Positions 19,387-28,366 of a stretch of 64,000 nt of DNA are shown here, in pieces. The translations under genes were made by a program, and so were the position numbers. How positions within the stretch are numbered: the stretch's first letter is position 1; each line of letters begins with the position of its first letter. The notes under the pieces are model-generated. The model had not been told where the DNA came from, did not search any database, and was given only the letters and a program-made list of their open reading frames with translations. The DNA lies in contig JAFGDV010000002.1 in the NCBI GenBank assembly GCA_016931955.1, positions 38,545 to 102,544 of the forward strand. Direction: 5' to 3'. The stretch comes from Candidatus Altiarchaeota archaeon. Its GTDB lineage: Archaea; Altiarchaeota; Altiarchaeia; IMC4; QMZM01.

Positions 19387-20032
19387 CTTTTTTTTCTTCC
19401 ATCTCCAAGAGGTACCTGACGTTTTTGATAAGCACGCCCATGTGAGAGTAAAACAGAACTACGAAGTGGCCGGTTATCTCCAACCCTTCTACGAGGAATC
19501 GGGTGTTGAACAAGAGGGCATTTTCGACATCGCAGGCATGTTGCGCTATTATGGGGTCCATCACAGAGTCGAGCATATCCGCTGCCAGCGCTGGAAGAGA
19601 CTCCACAAGGCTCAGGTTAAGGTACTCTGCAATTGCAGAGAGATAGCTTCCTGCGAGGATGTTTCCGATCTCCATCAATGTGGAACGATCCATATCCGAC
19701 AGCTCTTCAGCTCCAGTTGCTTCCTCCCCTTGCAGGATCTTCGCAAGTGTTGCCGCATCCTTTACAGGGAGTACCAGAAGTAGACTGCATACCTCGAATT
19801 GGTTATCAAGGGATGTGCCATCAATATGCAGGTATATGTTGGTTATCTCCTTCTCTGGTCTGCCCATCTTGGATGTGACGGTTTCAAGGGGACACACCTC
19901 CATCCAAGGAAAGCTTACCTCGATCTTCTTGTCTGTAAGGGACGATAGGGCGATCGATGCATGCCCAGCTCCAATGGAGGATATCTCCATCAGGGCATCT
20001 AACTCCAGTGGCGTCAGGTTCTTGAATTTCAT
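19379..20032 (-). CDS. cheC: CheC-like protein, only the second motif intact
   Basis: DALMEISSIG, STLMEIGNIL. Confidence 0.85.
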   Translation of the reverse strand: MKFKNLTPLELDALMEISSIGAGHASIALSSLTDKKIEVSFPWMEVCPLETVTSKMGRPEKEITNIYLHIDGTSLDNQFEVCSLLLVLPVKDAATLAKILQGEEATGAEELSDMDRSTLMEIGNILAGSYLSAIAEYLNLSLVESLPALAADMLDSVMDPIIAQHACDVENALLFNTRFLVEGLEITGHFVVLFYSHMGVLIKNVRYLLEMEEKKDD

Positions 20033-21033
20033 AGTATCTCAACGATTTTATCTGCGATACCCAGCAAAGGCAGGATGAAATCCGCATCCCCGTTTCTTAT
20101 AATCATTTTAGGCATTCCAAATATTAAACTTGTTGATTCATCTTGGACTATGATCTTTCCACCATTCTTTTTTACCCACTTCACCCCATTCGCGCCGTCA
20201 TCTCCCATACCAGTTAATATAACCGCTATTACGTTTTTACCGCATACCTTCGAAACGGACTTCAATGTGACGTCTATGCAAGGCTTTACTATAGTATGTT
20301 TTTTGTTTAATTGAGTAAATAAATGTTTCCCTTTTTGCACTACCTCCAGGTTGTAACCCCCAGGAGCCACTAGAACCTTGCCTTTATCAAGTAGGCTGCC
20401 TTCTTTTGCTTCTTCCACCTTTAGTGGGCACACTGCATCCAGCGTCTCAGCGAACGCCTTAGTGAATCCCGCCGGCATGTGTTGTACGACTAGAACGGCA
20501 GCTGGAAAATCCTTTGGGAACGAAGACAGTATAGTTCTAATTGTGGCCACACCACCGCAGGAAGCACCCAATACCAAAACCTTCTCGGATATCTTAGGCG
20601 CAGACAATTTTTTCTTCGGCTTCTTTATCACGAGTTTTTTTATCTCAAGGGATGATGCGACTCGCACCAATGCTATCAGCTCTTCCTTCATTTCCTCCAG
20701 ATCGCTGAGCCGGTTAGGCATCACTATGAAGTCCACTGCCCCATAGCCTAAGGCACTCAGCATCTCCCGCCTTCCCAGATCAGATTCTCGGCCGACCACT
20801 ATCGTTGGAGTAGGATCAAGCAGCATTATGTTGTAGAGGATGTCCAATGCATGTACTCCCTTCATCTCTATGTCTAGTAGAACAACATCCGGCTCAAGGA
20901 GCTCAATCTTGTCTAAAGCCTCCTCAGCTAGACCAGAGCGGTGGATGACCTTTATCTCTGGTTCGGACTCCAGCATACATGTAAGCTTGACCCCAAAAAA
21001 ATAAGAATCCGCTATTATGAGGACCTTGATCAT
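20029..21033 (-). CDS. cheB: Chemotaxis methylesterase CheB with a degenerate receiver domain
   Basis: Esterase triad in GASCGG, VQHMP, LTGMGDDG; N-terminal REC-like domain. Confidence 0.92.
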   Translation of the reverse strand: MIKVLIIADSYFFGVKLTCMLESEPEIKVIHRSGLAEEALDKIELLEPDVVLLDIEMKGVHALDILYNIMLLDPTPTIVVGRESDLGRREMLSALGYGAVDFIVMPNRLSDLEEMKEELIALVRVASSLEIKKLVIKKPKKKLSAPKISEKVLVLGASCGGVATIRTILSSFPKDFPAAVLVVQHMPAGFTKAFAETLDAVCPLKVEEAKEGSLLDKGKVLVAPGGYNLEVVQKGKHLFTQLNKKHTIVKPCIDVTLKSVSKVCGKNVIAVILTGMGDDGANGVKWVKKNGGKIIVQDESTSLIFGMPKMIIRNGDADFILPLLGIADKIVEIL

Positions 21034-21042
21034 TCTCCCATT

Positions 21043-21411
21043 CTATGAGAATCTCCTGACAACATCAAGTATCTGCTCCCTCTTGAATGGTTTGGTTACG
21101 TAGGCCTTTGCACCTATCCTCATCGCTTCTTTCATAGGATCCCCATGGCCTATGGCGGTTACCATGACAATGACCGCTTTTGGATCTATTTTCATGATCT
21201 CGGCTAAGACCTGCAGACCATCCTTCTCTGCCATTATTATGTCCAGTAAGACGATGCCGGGCCTTTCTTTCTTGTAGACCTCAACTGTTTCAGTCCCGTT
21301 CTGGGCTTCAACGATATCGCGATAACCTTCCTCAGAGAGCATCGTCTTAAGCATATTCCTCATGAAGGCAGAATCATCTGCCAACAATACCTTAGGTTTT
21401 GCCATTTTCAT
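21043..21411 (-). CDS. cheY: CheY-like single-domain response regulator
   Basis: LADDSAFMR, LLDIIM, MVTA, VTKPF. Confidence 0.9.
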   Translation of the reverse strand: MKMAKPKVLLADDSAFMRNMLKTMLSEEGYRDIVEAQNGTETVEVYKKERPGIVLLDIIMAEKDGLQVLAEIMKIDPKAVIVMVTAIGHGDPMKEAMRIGAKAYVTKPFKREQILDVVRRFS

Positions 21412-21775
21412 CCAAGAGTTTGTTTATGTTTTTAATCAACTTTGCCTCAGTTATCGGCTTTGATATGTATGAGCACGCCCCTCGTTTGATGCAGTCCTCC
21501 ATGGTCTTCTGATCCCTTATTATGCTCGACACTATAATCTTCACCTCGGGTTTGATCTCCATCAGCCTATCGAGCACATACAACCCGTCATTGCCAGGCA
21601 TCTTCAGATCGAGCAATACGATATCTGGATCCTCTACACCGCACTTTAGTATGCAATCGTTTCCGTTAACGGCCTCGACGACATCACTGTACCCGTTTTT
21701 TTGGAGGATGCTAATCAACGCCCTGCGCTCGAACATGGAGTCATCTGCTACAAGTATCTTGACCATCAGCACCAC
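21392..21775 (-). CDS. cheY: CheY-like single-domain response regulator (FER subtype)
   Basis: VADDSMFER, LLDLKMP, ISKPI. Confidence 0.88.
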   Translation of the reverse strand: MVLMVKILVADDSMFERRALISILQKNGYSDVVEAVNGNDCILKCGVEDPDIVLLDLKMPGNDGLYVLDRLMEIKPEVKIIVSSIIRDQKTMEDCIKRGACSYISKPITEAKLIKNINKLLDENGKT

Positions 21776-21800
21776 TATCTTGACTAATTAAATATCTATC

Positions 21801-21834
21801 TTCTCATTTATATCCTTTTTGTTTTTCTCATTTA
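21801..21834. promoter_or_regulatory. Divergent cheY/hypA promoter region with a 10-bp direct repeat TTCTCATTTA
   Basis: Copies at 21801-21810 and 21825-21834, each abutting a TATA-like TTTATA or TTTAAA. Confidence 0.45.
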
Positions 21835-21852
21835 AAGTTCTATTCTATTATA

Positions 21853-22215
21853 ATGCACGAGTTCTCGATAGCTGAAGACATCCTGGAGGTCGCACTGGAT
21901 GAGGCGGAAAAGCATAAAGCTTCCAGGATAAAACACATCTCTGTGGAGGTTGGAGGGCTCATGATGGCGAACCTCGAGCAATTGGATTTCGCCCTCAGAT
22001 CCCTGTCAGTTGGAACCCTTGCAGAGGATATGGAAGTCGACCTGAAGACGGTCCCTGGGAGATTCAAGTGCGACAACAACCACGTGAATGAGGTAAGTAT
22101 TGAGGAGGATGACCTCTACCTGGCCCTAGCCTCTCTCAGATGCCCTGAATGCGGCAGCCCTCTAAGGGTGTTGAGCGGAAAAGAGTGCGTGCTGAAGAGG
22201 ATAATCGCCGAATAA
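21853..22215 (+). CDS. hypA: Hydrogenase nickel metallochaperone HypA
   Basis: MHE N-terminus, CPECG knuckle, SGKECVL. Confidence 0.9.
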   Translation: MHEFSIAEDILEVALDEAEKHKASRIKHISVEVGGLMMANLEQLDFALRSLSVGTLAEDMEVDLKTVPGRFKCDNNHVNEVSIEEDDLYLALASLRCPECGSPLRVLSGKECVLKRIIAE

Positions 22216-22222
22216 CGCTAAA

Positions 22223-22873
22223 ATGCATGTGATAGACGTAGACAGGGATATCATGGAGATCAACAGGAGGATATCTGAAAGGAACCAAAGAGTCTTGGAA
22301 GAGAACAATGTCTTTGGATTCGATGTTTTGGGGGCTATCGGCTCTGGCAAGACCTCCCTGATTGAGGCCTTGGTTGGGAGGATCGGGAAAAAACTGGGGA
22401 TCGGAGCGATAGCGGGTGACGTTATTAGTGACGCCGACGCCAGCCGTTTGAAGAGGTGTGGAATCCCAGTCATCGGCTTGAACACTGGAAGGGAGTGCCA
22501 TCTTGACGCCCACCTCGTCGAGCATGCGCTTGAGAGCCTTCCATTAAAGGACCTCGACATTCTGTTCATAGAGAACGTGGGGAACCTCATATGTCCAGTA
22601 GACTTCCCGCTTGGGGCACATCGGAGGATCGTTGTAGTAAGCGTGAGCGAGGGGGACGACACCGTAGAAAAGCACCCCATGATCTTCCTGGACTCTGATC
22701 TTGCGGTGATAAACAAGATAGACATCGCAGAAGCGGTTGATGCGAGCGTTGAGAAGATGGAATACGACGCCAAACGGATCAATCCACGGCTGCCTGTGAT
22801 AAAAACAAGCATGAAGAAGGGTATCGGTCTAAACGAAATAGTCGATTGGATAAGAAAAGAATCCAATCTATAG
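22223..22873 (+). CDS. hypB: Hydrogenase nickel-insertion GTPase HypB
   Basis: GAIGSGKT, ECHLDA, ENVGNLICP, NKID. Confidence 0.95.
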   Translation: MHVIDVDRDIMEINRRISERNQRVLEENNVFGFDVLGAIGSGKTSLIEALVGRIGKKLGIGAIAGDVISDADASRLKRCGIPVIGLNTGRECHLDAHLVEHALESLPLKDLDILFIENVGNLICPVDFPLGAHRRIVVVSVSEGDDTVEKHPMIFLDSDLAVINKIDIAEAVDASVEKMEYDAKRINPRLPVIKTSMKKGIGLNEIVDWIRKESNL

Positions 22874-22888
22874 TTTAATGGTGATATC

Positions 22889-23128
22889 ATGTGTCTGGCT
22901 ATCCCAGGAAGGATCCTGGATATAAAGGACAATGAAGCATCTGTTGACTTCGGCGGCGTGAAAAGGCCTGTTAGGATTGACTTAGTCGACGCCAAGGTGG
23001 GAGACTACGTCATCGTCCATACGGGATACGCAATCGAGGTATTGGATGAAGAGGAAGCTCTTGAAAGCCTGAAACTGTGGAGACAAATCCTCTCCAAAAT
23101 GGACGATGATCCTAAGAGATTTCCGTGA
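22889..23128 (+). CDS. hypC: Hydrogenase maturation protein HypC
   Basis: MCLAIPG N-terminus, GDYVIVHTGYA. Confidence 0.95.
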   Translation: MCLAIPGRILDIKDNEASVDFGGVKRPVRIDLVDAKVGDYVIVHTGYAIEVLDEEEALESLKLWRQILSKMDDDPKRFP

Positions 23129-24176
23129 TAGGGGGCTTGCCTTGAAGGCGTCAAAGGAGATAGGGGATATGGCATCAACCTTGGGCAAGGTAAAGATCAT
23201 GCACGTCTGCGGAACCCACGAAGACACAATAACCCGTTTTGGGATAAGGTCTCTTCTCCCAGAGAATGTGGAGGTGATATCCGGTCCTGGATGCCCTGTC
23301 TGCGTTACGACGAACAGGGAGATAGATGAAGCCATATCGCTCGCACAAAAAGGCATTACTGTGACGACGTTCGGTGACATGCTCCGGGTCCCTGGAAGCC
23401 GCTCCTCGCTGGCGGACTCGAAGGCTGATGGAAATGATGTGAGGATCGTCTACTCCGTAACTGACGCAGTAGAGATCGCCCATAAGAATCCGGAGAAAGA
23501 GGTTGCTCACATCGCCATAGGCTTCGAGACAACGATACCATCCAACGCGGTCGCCCTCCAAGACGCTCCTGAGAATTTCTCGATCCTATGCTGTCACCGG
23601 CTTATCCCTCCAGCGATGGAGTTGCTCTTGGAGTCTCACGAGGTGAGGATAGACGGCTTCATAGATCCTGGGCATGTTTCAGCCATAATAGGAGTAAAAC
23701 CCTATAGACCTCTGGCGGAAAAATACAGGATACCTCACGTAATCGTCGGCTTCGAGCCCCTTGACGTTCTCTTCTCCATCATAATGCTGCTGGAGATGAT
23801 AAAAAACCATGAATGTGAGGTAAGGAATGAGTACAGCCGCGTCGTCAAGGAGGAAGGCAATCAGAAGGCCTTAAGTATCATGGACGCTGTCTTCGAACCC
23901 TGCGACGTGGATTGGAGGGGCTTTCCTGTGATCCCAAGATCCGGGCTCATGTTGAGGGAACGATTCGCTGAACACGACGCAAGAGAGAGGTTCGAGCTTA
24001 GGGTAGAACCGACAGAGGATCTTCGGGGATGCAGGTGCTCTGATGTCTTGAAGGGGTTGATATATCCCAGAGAGTGCCCGCTCTTCGGTAAGGCGTGCAC
24101 TCCCAAGAAGCCTGTCGGTCCCTGCATGGTCTCTGCTGAGGGCGCATGCTCTATAATGTACAGACACACTAGCTAG
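23106..24176 (+). CDS. hypD: Hydrogenase maturation protein HypD
   Basis: HVCGTHE, GPGCPVC, GFETT, C-terminal Cys cluster with PVGPCMVSAEGAC. Confidence 0.95.
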   Translation: MILRDFRDRGLALKASKEIGDMASTLGKVKIMHVCGTHEDTITRFGIRSLLPENVEVISGPGCPVCVTTNREIDEAISLAQKGITVTTFGDMLRVPGSRSSLADSKADGNDVRIVYSVTDAVEIAHKNPEKEVAHIAIGFETTIPSNAVALQDAPENFSILCCHRLIPPAMELLLESHEVRIDGFIDPGHVSAIIGVKPYRPLAEKYRIPHVIVGFEPLDVLFSIIMLLEMIKNHECEVRNEYSRVVKEEGNQKALSIMDAVFEPCDVDWRGFPVIPRSGLMLRERFAEHDARERFELRVEPTEDLRGCRCSDVLKGLIYPRECPLFGKACTPKKPVGPCMVSAEGACSIMYRHTS

Positions 24177-24177
24177 G

Positions 24178-25176
24178 ATGGAAAGGATAAAACTCTTACA
24201 CGGTGGCGGGGGGGAAGCCATGCAGGAATTGATCTCTGACGTGATTAAGAACCTCTCCCTCACAAAGGTTGAGGGTGGGATCGGCTTGGATGCCTTGGAC
24301 GATTCAGCAACCATACCCTTTGGAGACAAGCACCTTGTCTTCACCACGGATGCGTACACTGTAAAGCCGTTGTTCTTCCATGGGGGGGACATAGGCAGGC
24401 TCTCTGTTTCAGGGACCATAAACGACCTCGCTGTTATGGGCGCTAAACCAATCGCTCTCGCCTCTTCTTTCGTTATCGGTGAAGGCCTCCCATTTGAAGA
24501 CTTGCGGAAGATAACGAAGTCCATGAACCAGGTCTGCAAGGAGGTCCCAGTACCTATTATTACAGGAGACACCAAGGTCATGGAAGACCTTGATATGATC
24601 ATAACAACGTCTGGCATAGGTTTAACAGAAAAACCGATACTGGACTCCGGGATGCGGCCAGGTGACAGGATAATAGTGAACGGCACCCTCGGCGATCACG
24701 GTATGGCGATCATGGCTCAGAGGGAGGGCATATCTTTCGAGACCGAACTGAGGTCTGACTGCGCACAGTTGTGGGGTCTTATAAAAAAGATCCTTAGATA
24801 CGAGATACATGCCATGAAGGATCCTACGAGAGGCGGCCTAGCGAACGCCTTAAATGAGATGGCTGAGAAATCAAAATCAGGGGTTTTGTTGTATGAGGAC
24901 CAGATACCCATGAAAGATGAAGTACTTGCGGCGTCTGAGATGCTTGGCATAGATCCCCTGTCTGTGGCAAACGAAGGGAAAGCCATTATTGTCACAAGCG
25001 AAAATGATACTGAGAAAATCCTAGAAACGATGAAGAAGACCCGCTTGGGTCGGGATGCCTCCATAATAGGTGAGGTGACCGAAAAAGATAAGGGACGGGT
25101 GATAATGGAGACCCGCATAGGTGGCAGAAAGATCCTCAGCAAGCCTGCCGGCGACCCTGTCCCAAGGGTCTGTTAG
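24178..25176 (+). CDS. hypE: Hydrogenase maturation protein HypE
   Basis: HGGGG, FTTDAYTV, DPTRGG, C-terminal PRVC. Confidence 0.95.
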   Translation: MERIKLLHGGGGEAMQELISDVIKNLSLTKVEGGIGLDALDDSATIPFGDKHLVFTTDAYTVKPLFFHGGDIGRLSVSGTINDLAVMGAKPIALASSFVIGEGLPFEDLRKITKSMNQVCKEVPVPIITGDTKVMEDLDMIITTSGIGLTEKPILDSGMRPGDRIIVNGTLGDHGMAIMAQREGISFETELRSDCAQLWGLIKKILRYEIHAMKDPTRGGLANALNEMAEKSKSGVLLYEDQIPMKDEVLAASEMLGIDPLSVANEGKAIIVTSENDTEKILETMKKTRLGRDASIIGEVTEKDKGRVIMETRIGGRKILSKPAGDPVPRVC

Positions 25177-25177
25177 G

Positions 25178-25639
25178 ATGAAAACCCTGATACTGGGCAT
25201 TGGGAATCCTATACTGACCGATGACGGCGTTGGTGTTTTGATTGCTGAACGCCTACGTGATGTTGTCTCAGACCCGGAAATCGATGTCCGTGAGGAATCA
25301 ACGTCTGGTCTTGACATCATAAGCCTTGTTAGGGGTTATGATAGGCTCATCCTCGTGGACGCTATAAAGACGGGTAAAGCCAGGGTTGGGGAGATACTCC
25401 GGCTCTCGCCTCAGGATATTACCAAGGAGCCTGCACTTCATTTCTCGACCCTTCATGACGCGGATTTGATGACATCCCTGAATCTTGGTAGTGAACTTGG
25501 GATAGATATCCCTAGCGAAATAGTGATATACGCTGTTGAGGTCGAAAACGTGGAGGAATTTGGCGAGAAGTGCACACCTGAAGTGGAAAAAGCCATACCC
25601 AAGGCAGTGGAATTAATAAAGGAGGAATTGGGTCTATAA
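25178..25639 (+). CDS. Hydrogenase maturation endopeptidase (HyaD/HycI family)
   Basis: GIGNPILTDDGVG, LVDA, STLHD; start reassigned to ATG 25178. Confidence 0.9.
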   Translation: MKTLILGIGNPILTDDGVGVLIAERLRDVVSDPEIDVREESTSGLDIISLVRGYDRLILVDAIKTGKARVGEILRLSPQDITKEPALHFSTLHDADLMTSLNLGSELGIDIPSEIVIYAVEVENVEEFGEKCTPEVEKAIPKAVELIKEELGL

Positions 25640-27010
25640 CCTCGGGAGGCTGGGGCTGTATGCCCTACATGCCATTTCTATCTTGTTGAGGTCTCTTCTT
25701 TTTGTGTTATTATTCCTGATCAATCCATCTGCCACCTGTTTTACAGAGACGCATATAGCCGCATTGTTGTGGTTGCTGCCCGTTATTATGTCCGCCTTCT
25801 CTACGATGCCTTTCTCGTCTGTCACATAGTGGTGGATGAGTGTCCCTGAGGGTGATTCTATAACGCCCACACCCTCCCCTTGCGTGTTTTCTGGAACATT
25901 CATCAGATTGTTGTCAGTAATCTCCGGATCCTGTATCAGCTCCAAAGCAAGCTCGGCTGAATAAAGCATTTCTATGAGGTCGGCCCAATGAAACGCCAAG
26001 GTGTGATGGCAGGGTTTCGGCAGTGTGTCAAGCATCCTCTCATATGCTTCCTGTGCCTGAGGTGTTTTCAATCCGTAGGCAACGTTTAATCTGGCCAGTG
26101 ACCCGACCCGGTAAAGCCAAGAACGATCAGCGTCAGATAGCCCCTTCCAGCCAACCTTCCTCAGATGTGAGAAACCCAGATTAGACCATGATTCCTCGTG
26201 TTCTTCCACGTGCTGGGGGTAGTCTTCTCCCCTGAACCTTAAGATCTCCCTTCCGTGGGCGTCCACGACTTTTAGATCGCCATCATAGAGTTCAAGGCGT
26301 TCTTTTTCGTCCACTGTACCCATGTAGTTCGTCTTTATATGGTAGAGCCCCTCATCGAACAGTAGATCCACGTATGCACGATTCTTTAACACGATTTCTT
26401 CGAACAGATTTAATGTAAACGCTGCGAATTCTGTAAATGACTTTACTTTGCCCTCTACCCAATCCCTCTCCTCTCCAGTGATACCCCGAGAGACGCCTCC
26501 GGGAAGCCCGCTTACTGGATGAACTGCCCTTCCCCCCAAGACCTGGAGTATCCTCTGTGCACGAAGAAGGTTTTCTGCCGCGTCCTTTGAGGTTTCCCTC
26601 CCGAGCCTCGCCGTTATTGCAGTGAGATTCCTTTCGCGAGCTGCTGAATCAGGGTTGATGAATAGGTCTGGAGCATTCAGGTAATAAAAATTTAGTAGTT
26701 TATTCCCAAAATGGGAGATATGGTATGTTAGTCTCCTTAGCTTGTCTGCTGTGGGTGTTGGCTCTGTTTTCCACAGAGCATCAAGTGCCTTCACAGACGC
26801 TATATGATGGGCCCAGCTGCATAGCCCGCTCATCCTTGAAATGATCCTCGGCATCTCCTCAGACGGCTGTCCGCGACATAATTCCTCAAAACCCTTCATA
26901 CCCTTCGCTTGAAAGTACGCACTCACTCCCATCTCCCTATCTGAAAATATAGTTATCCTAGCGTGGCCGTTTATTCTCGTTACCGGGTCTATTATTATCT
27001 TTTTCCTCAA
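25634..27010 (-). CDS. MvhA-like [NiFe]-hydrogenase large-subunit homologue lacking Ni ligands (pseudo-enzyme, intact ORF)
   Basis: End-to-end similarity to the large subunit at 45312; L1 is RMSGLC, L2 is RAYSPSLPRL-stop, RINGH replaces RxEGH, ESPSG replaces EAPRG. Confidence 0.88.
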   Translation of the reverse strand: MRKKIIIDPVTRINGHARITIFSDREMGVSAYFQAKGMKGFEELCRGQPSEEMPRIISRMSGLCSWAHHIASVKALDALWKTEPTPTADKLRRLTYHISHFGNKLLNFYYLNAPDLFINPDSAARERNLTAITARLGRETSKDAAENLLRAQRILQVLGGRAVHPVSGLPGGVSRGITGEERDWVEGKVKSFTEFAAFTLNLFEEIVLKNRAYVDLLFDEGLYHIKTNYMGTVDEKERLELYDGDLKVVDAHGREILRFRGEDYPQHVEEHEESWSNLGFSHLRKVGWKGLSDADRSWLYRVGSLARLNVAYGLKTPQAQEAYERMLDTLPKPCHHTLAFHWADLIEMLYSAELALELIQDPEITDNNLMNVPENTQGEGVGVIESPSGTLIHHYVTDEKGIVEKADIITGSNHNNAAICVSVKQVADGLIRNNNTKRRDLNKIEMACRAYSPSLPRL

Positions 27011-27987
27011 TTTCTAGATGCCCTCCTTTGTTTCTTTAGGATGCTCGACGACAGGCTGAAGCGGTAGACTGTTCCACCAAGGGAGGGTATGCTCTCAACC
27101 GTCTTTCTTATGGTGGTCTTCTCTCCACCGCACATAATGGAAGCTAACGTCGATATGTAGGCTCCACCCATGTCGAGGATTCCCTCAGCTGGTCCAAGGC
27201 ATCCCCTACAAGGCATATTGGCTGAAACACACTGGCTTCCGCACCCGGCTCTTGTTACAGGACCCATGCACAGCAGCCCCTGGTCAAGCAAGCAGACCTT
27301 ATCGTCGAAAACCTTTTCATAGGGTCTGTGGAATACCTTGACGCTTTTCCCCTTCCTCGCTCTCTCACATTCGTCGCAGAGTGTCCTCCCAGAAGCGAAC
27401 ACTGAGCCTTTAGGAGGTAGTTTGTTCTCCAGCATGCTGACGAATAGCTTCAGGATCATTGAAGGTGTTGGGGGACAACCTGGGATGAGATAGTCCACAT
27501 CAATGACACCGCTTAATGGACTGATGAAGTCGCATGGCTCCGGAAGTGGAAGTATGCCCTCAGCAAGCTTTACCCTCTTCCTTGATTTTTCCTTCCCCTT
27601 GCCCTGTAGACCCAGCATGCCAGGTATTCCGCCCATGCAGGCGCATGATCCAACCGCTGTGATTATCTTGGATTTTTTTCTTAGAATCTGGGCCATGTCC
27701 ATCTGCCCCCTGTTCATCACAGCACCGTTGAAGAGACAGAGGTCGATTGTTTTGTCATACATCCTCTTTACCCGAGAGTATCTGAAATCCGCTATTAGAG
27801 GCCATAAAACGACGTCAATGTTTTCAGTTATATCCAAGAATCTCTCGCCCAATCCTATGAAGGAGAGATCACAACCACCACATCCTCCTGCCATGTACAG
27901 TGCAACCTTCGGTTTTCTTCCTGGACTAATCTTCCTTACAGCTTCCGCTACCTGCGACCAGTCTTCTCTGAATGCCTTAAGCTTCAT
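27007..27987 (-). CDS. mvhG: MvhG-like hydrogenase small (Fe-S) subunit
   Basis: GCGGC, GSCACMGGIPG, PGCPP, CDEC, CLLDQGLLCMGPVTRAGC-CRGC. Confidence 0.88.
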   Translation of the reverse strand: MKLKAFREDWSQVAEAVRKISPGRKPKVALYMAGGCGGCDLSFIGLGERFLDITENIDVVLWPLIADFRYSRVKRMYDKTIDLCLFNGAVMNRGQMDMAQILRKKSKIITAVGSCACMGGIPGMLGLQGKGKEKSRKRVKLAEGILPLPEPCDFISPLSGVIDVDYLIPGCPPTPSMILKLFVSMLENKLPPKGSVFASGRTLCDECERARKGKSVKVFHRPYEKVFDDKVCLLDQGLLCMGPVTRAGCGSQCVSANMPCRGCLGPAEGILDMGGAYISTLASIMCGGEKTTIRKTVESIPSLGGTVYRFSLSSSILKKQRRASRN

Positions 27988-28366
27988 TCTCCCACCTTAG
28001 GGGTCCCAGGGATTTAAGCTTTGACGTCATCTCCTTGACAAGTTTCATGAACCCAAAGCTCTCAGACTCCTTAAGGCATTCGAAGCGTAGCCTTTCCCTG
28101 CTTATCCTCAGATCAGAGAGCAACCTTTGGAGGAGAACAAACCTCTTGAATGCTTCCCCGTCTTCCTCCGCTGAGTGGCATTCCCCCGGAGGGCTGCACA
28201 GCATCAGGATTCCGTCTGCGCCTTTTTTGAGTTCTGAGAGCAGAAGCTTTGGGTTAAGGTGATTAACACATCCCTCCCTTACCAGGGGGATTTCCTCAAG
28301 GCCGACGTTTTTAGGCAGACAGGATTTACAGGCAAAGACAATGATCTTGGGCTCATATTCTTCCAT
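27977..28366 (-). CDS. Divergent MvhD/FlpD-like Fe-S protein
   Basis: EPKIIVFACKSC, GADGILMLC-GECH, ERLRFE-KLKSLGP match the MvhD layout. Confidence 0.75.
   Translation of the reverse strand: MEEYEPKIIVFACKSCLPKNVGLEEIPLVREGCVNHLNPKLLLSELKKGADGILMLCSPPGECHSAEEDGEAFKRFVLLQRLLSDLRISRERLRFECLKESESFGFMKLVKEMTSKLKSLGPLRWENEA

Noticed and set aside
21853-22215. HypA first zinc knuckle reads CDNNH instead of CxxC
   Set aside because: A His can substitute as Zn ligand, and the MHE and second CPEC motifs are intact; treated as ordinary variation.
22162-24686. Long antisense ORFs (22162-22995, 277 aa; 23871-24686, 271 aa)
   Set aside because: They lie opposite well-supported hyp genes and have no recognisable motifs; shadow ORFs.
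25634-27010. Selenocysteine recoding or a split VhuA/VhuU arrangement explaining the missing Cys
   Set aside because: The positions are sense codons (AGC, AGC, AGG), not TGA. The degenerate L2 region is still inside the ORF, L1/Glu/Arg are also lost, and no small ORF with a DPxxxC motif is adjacent.
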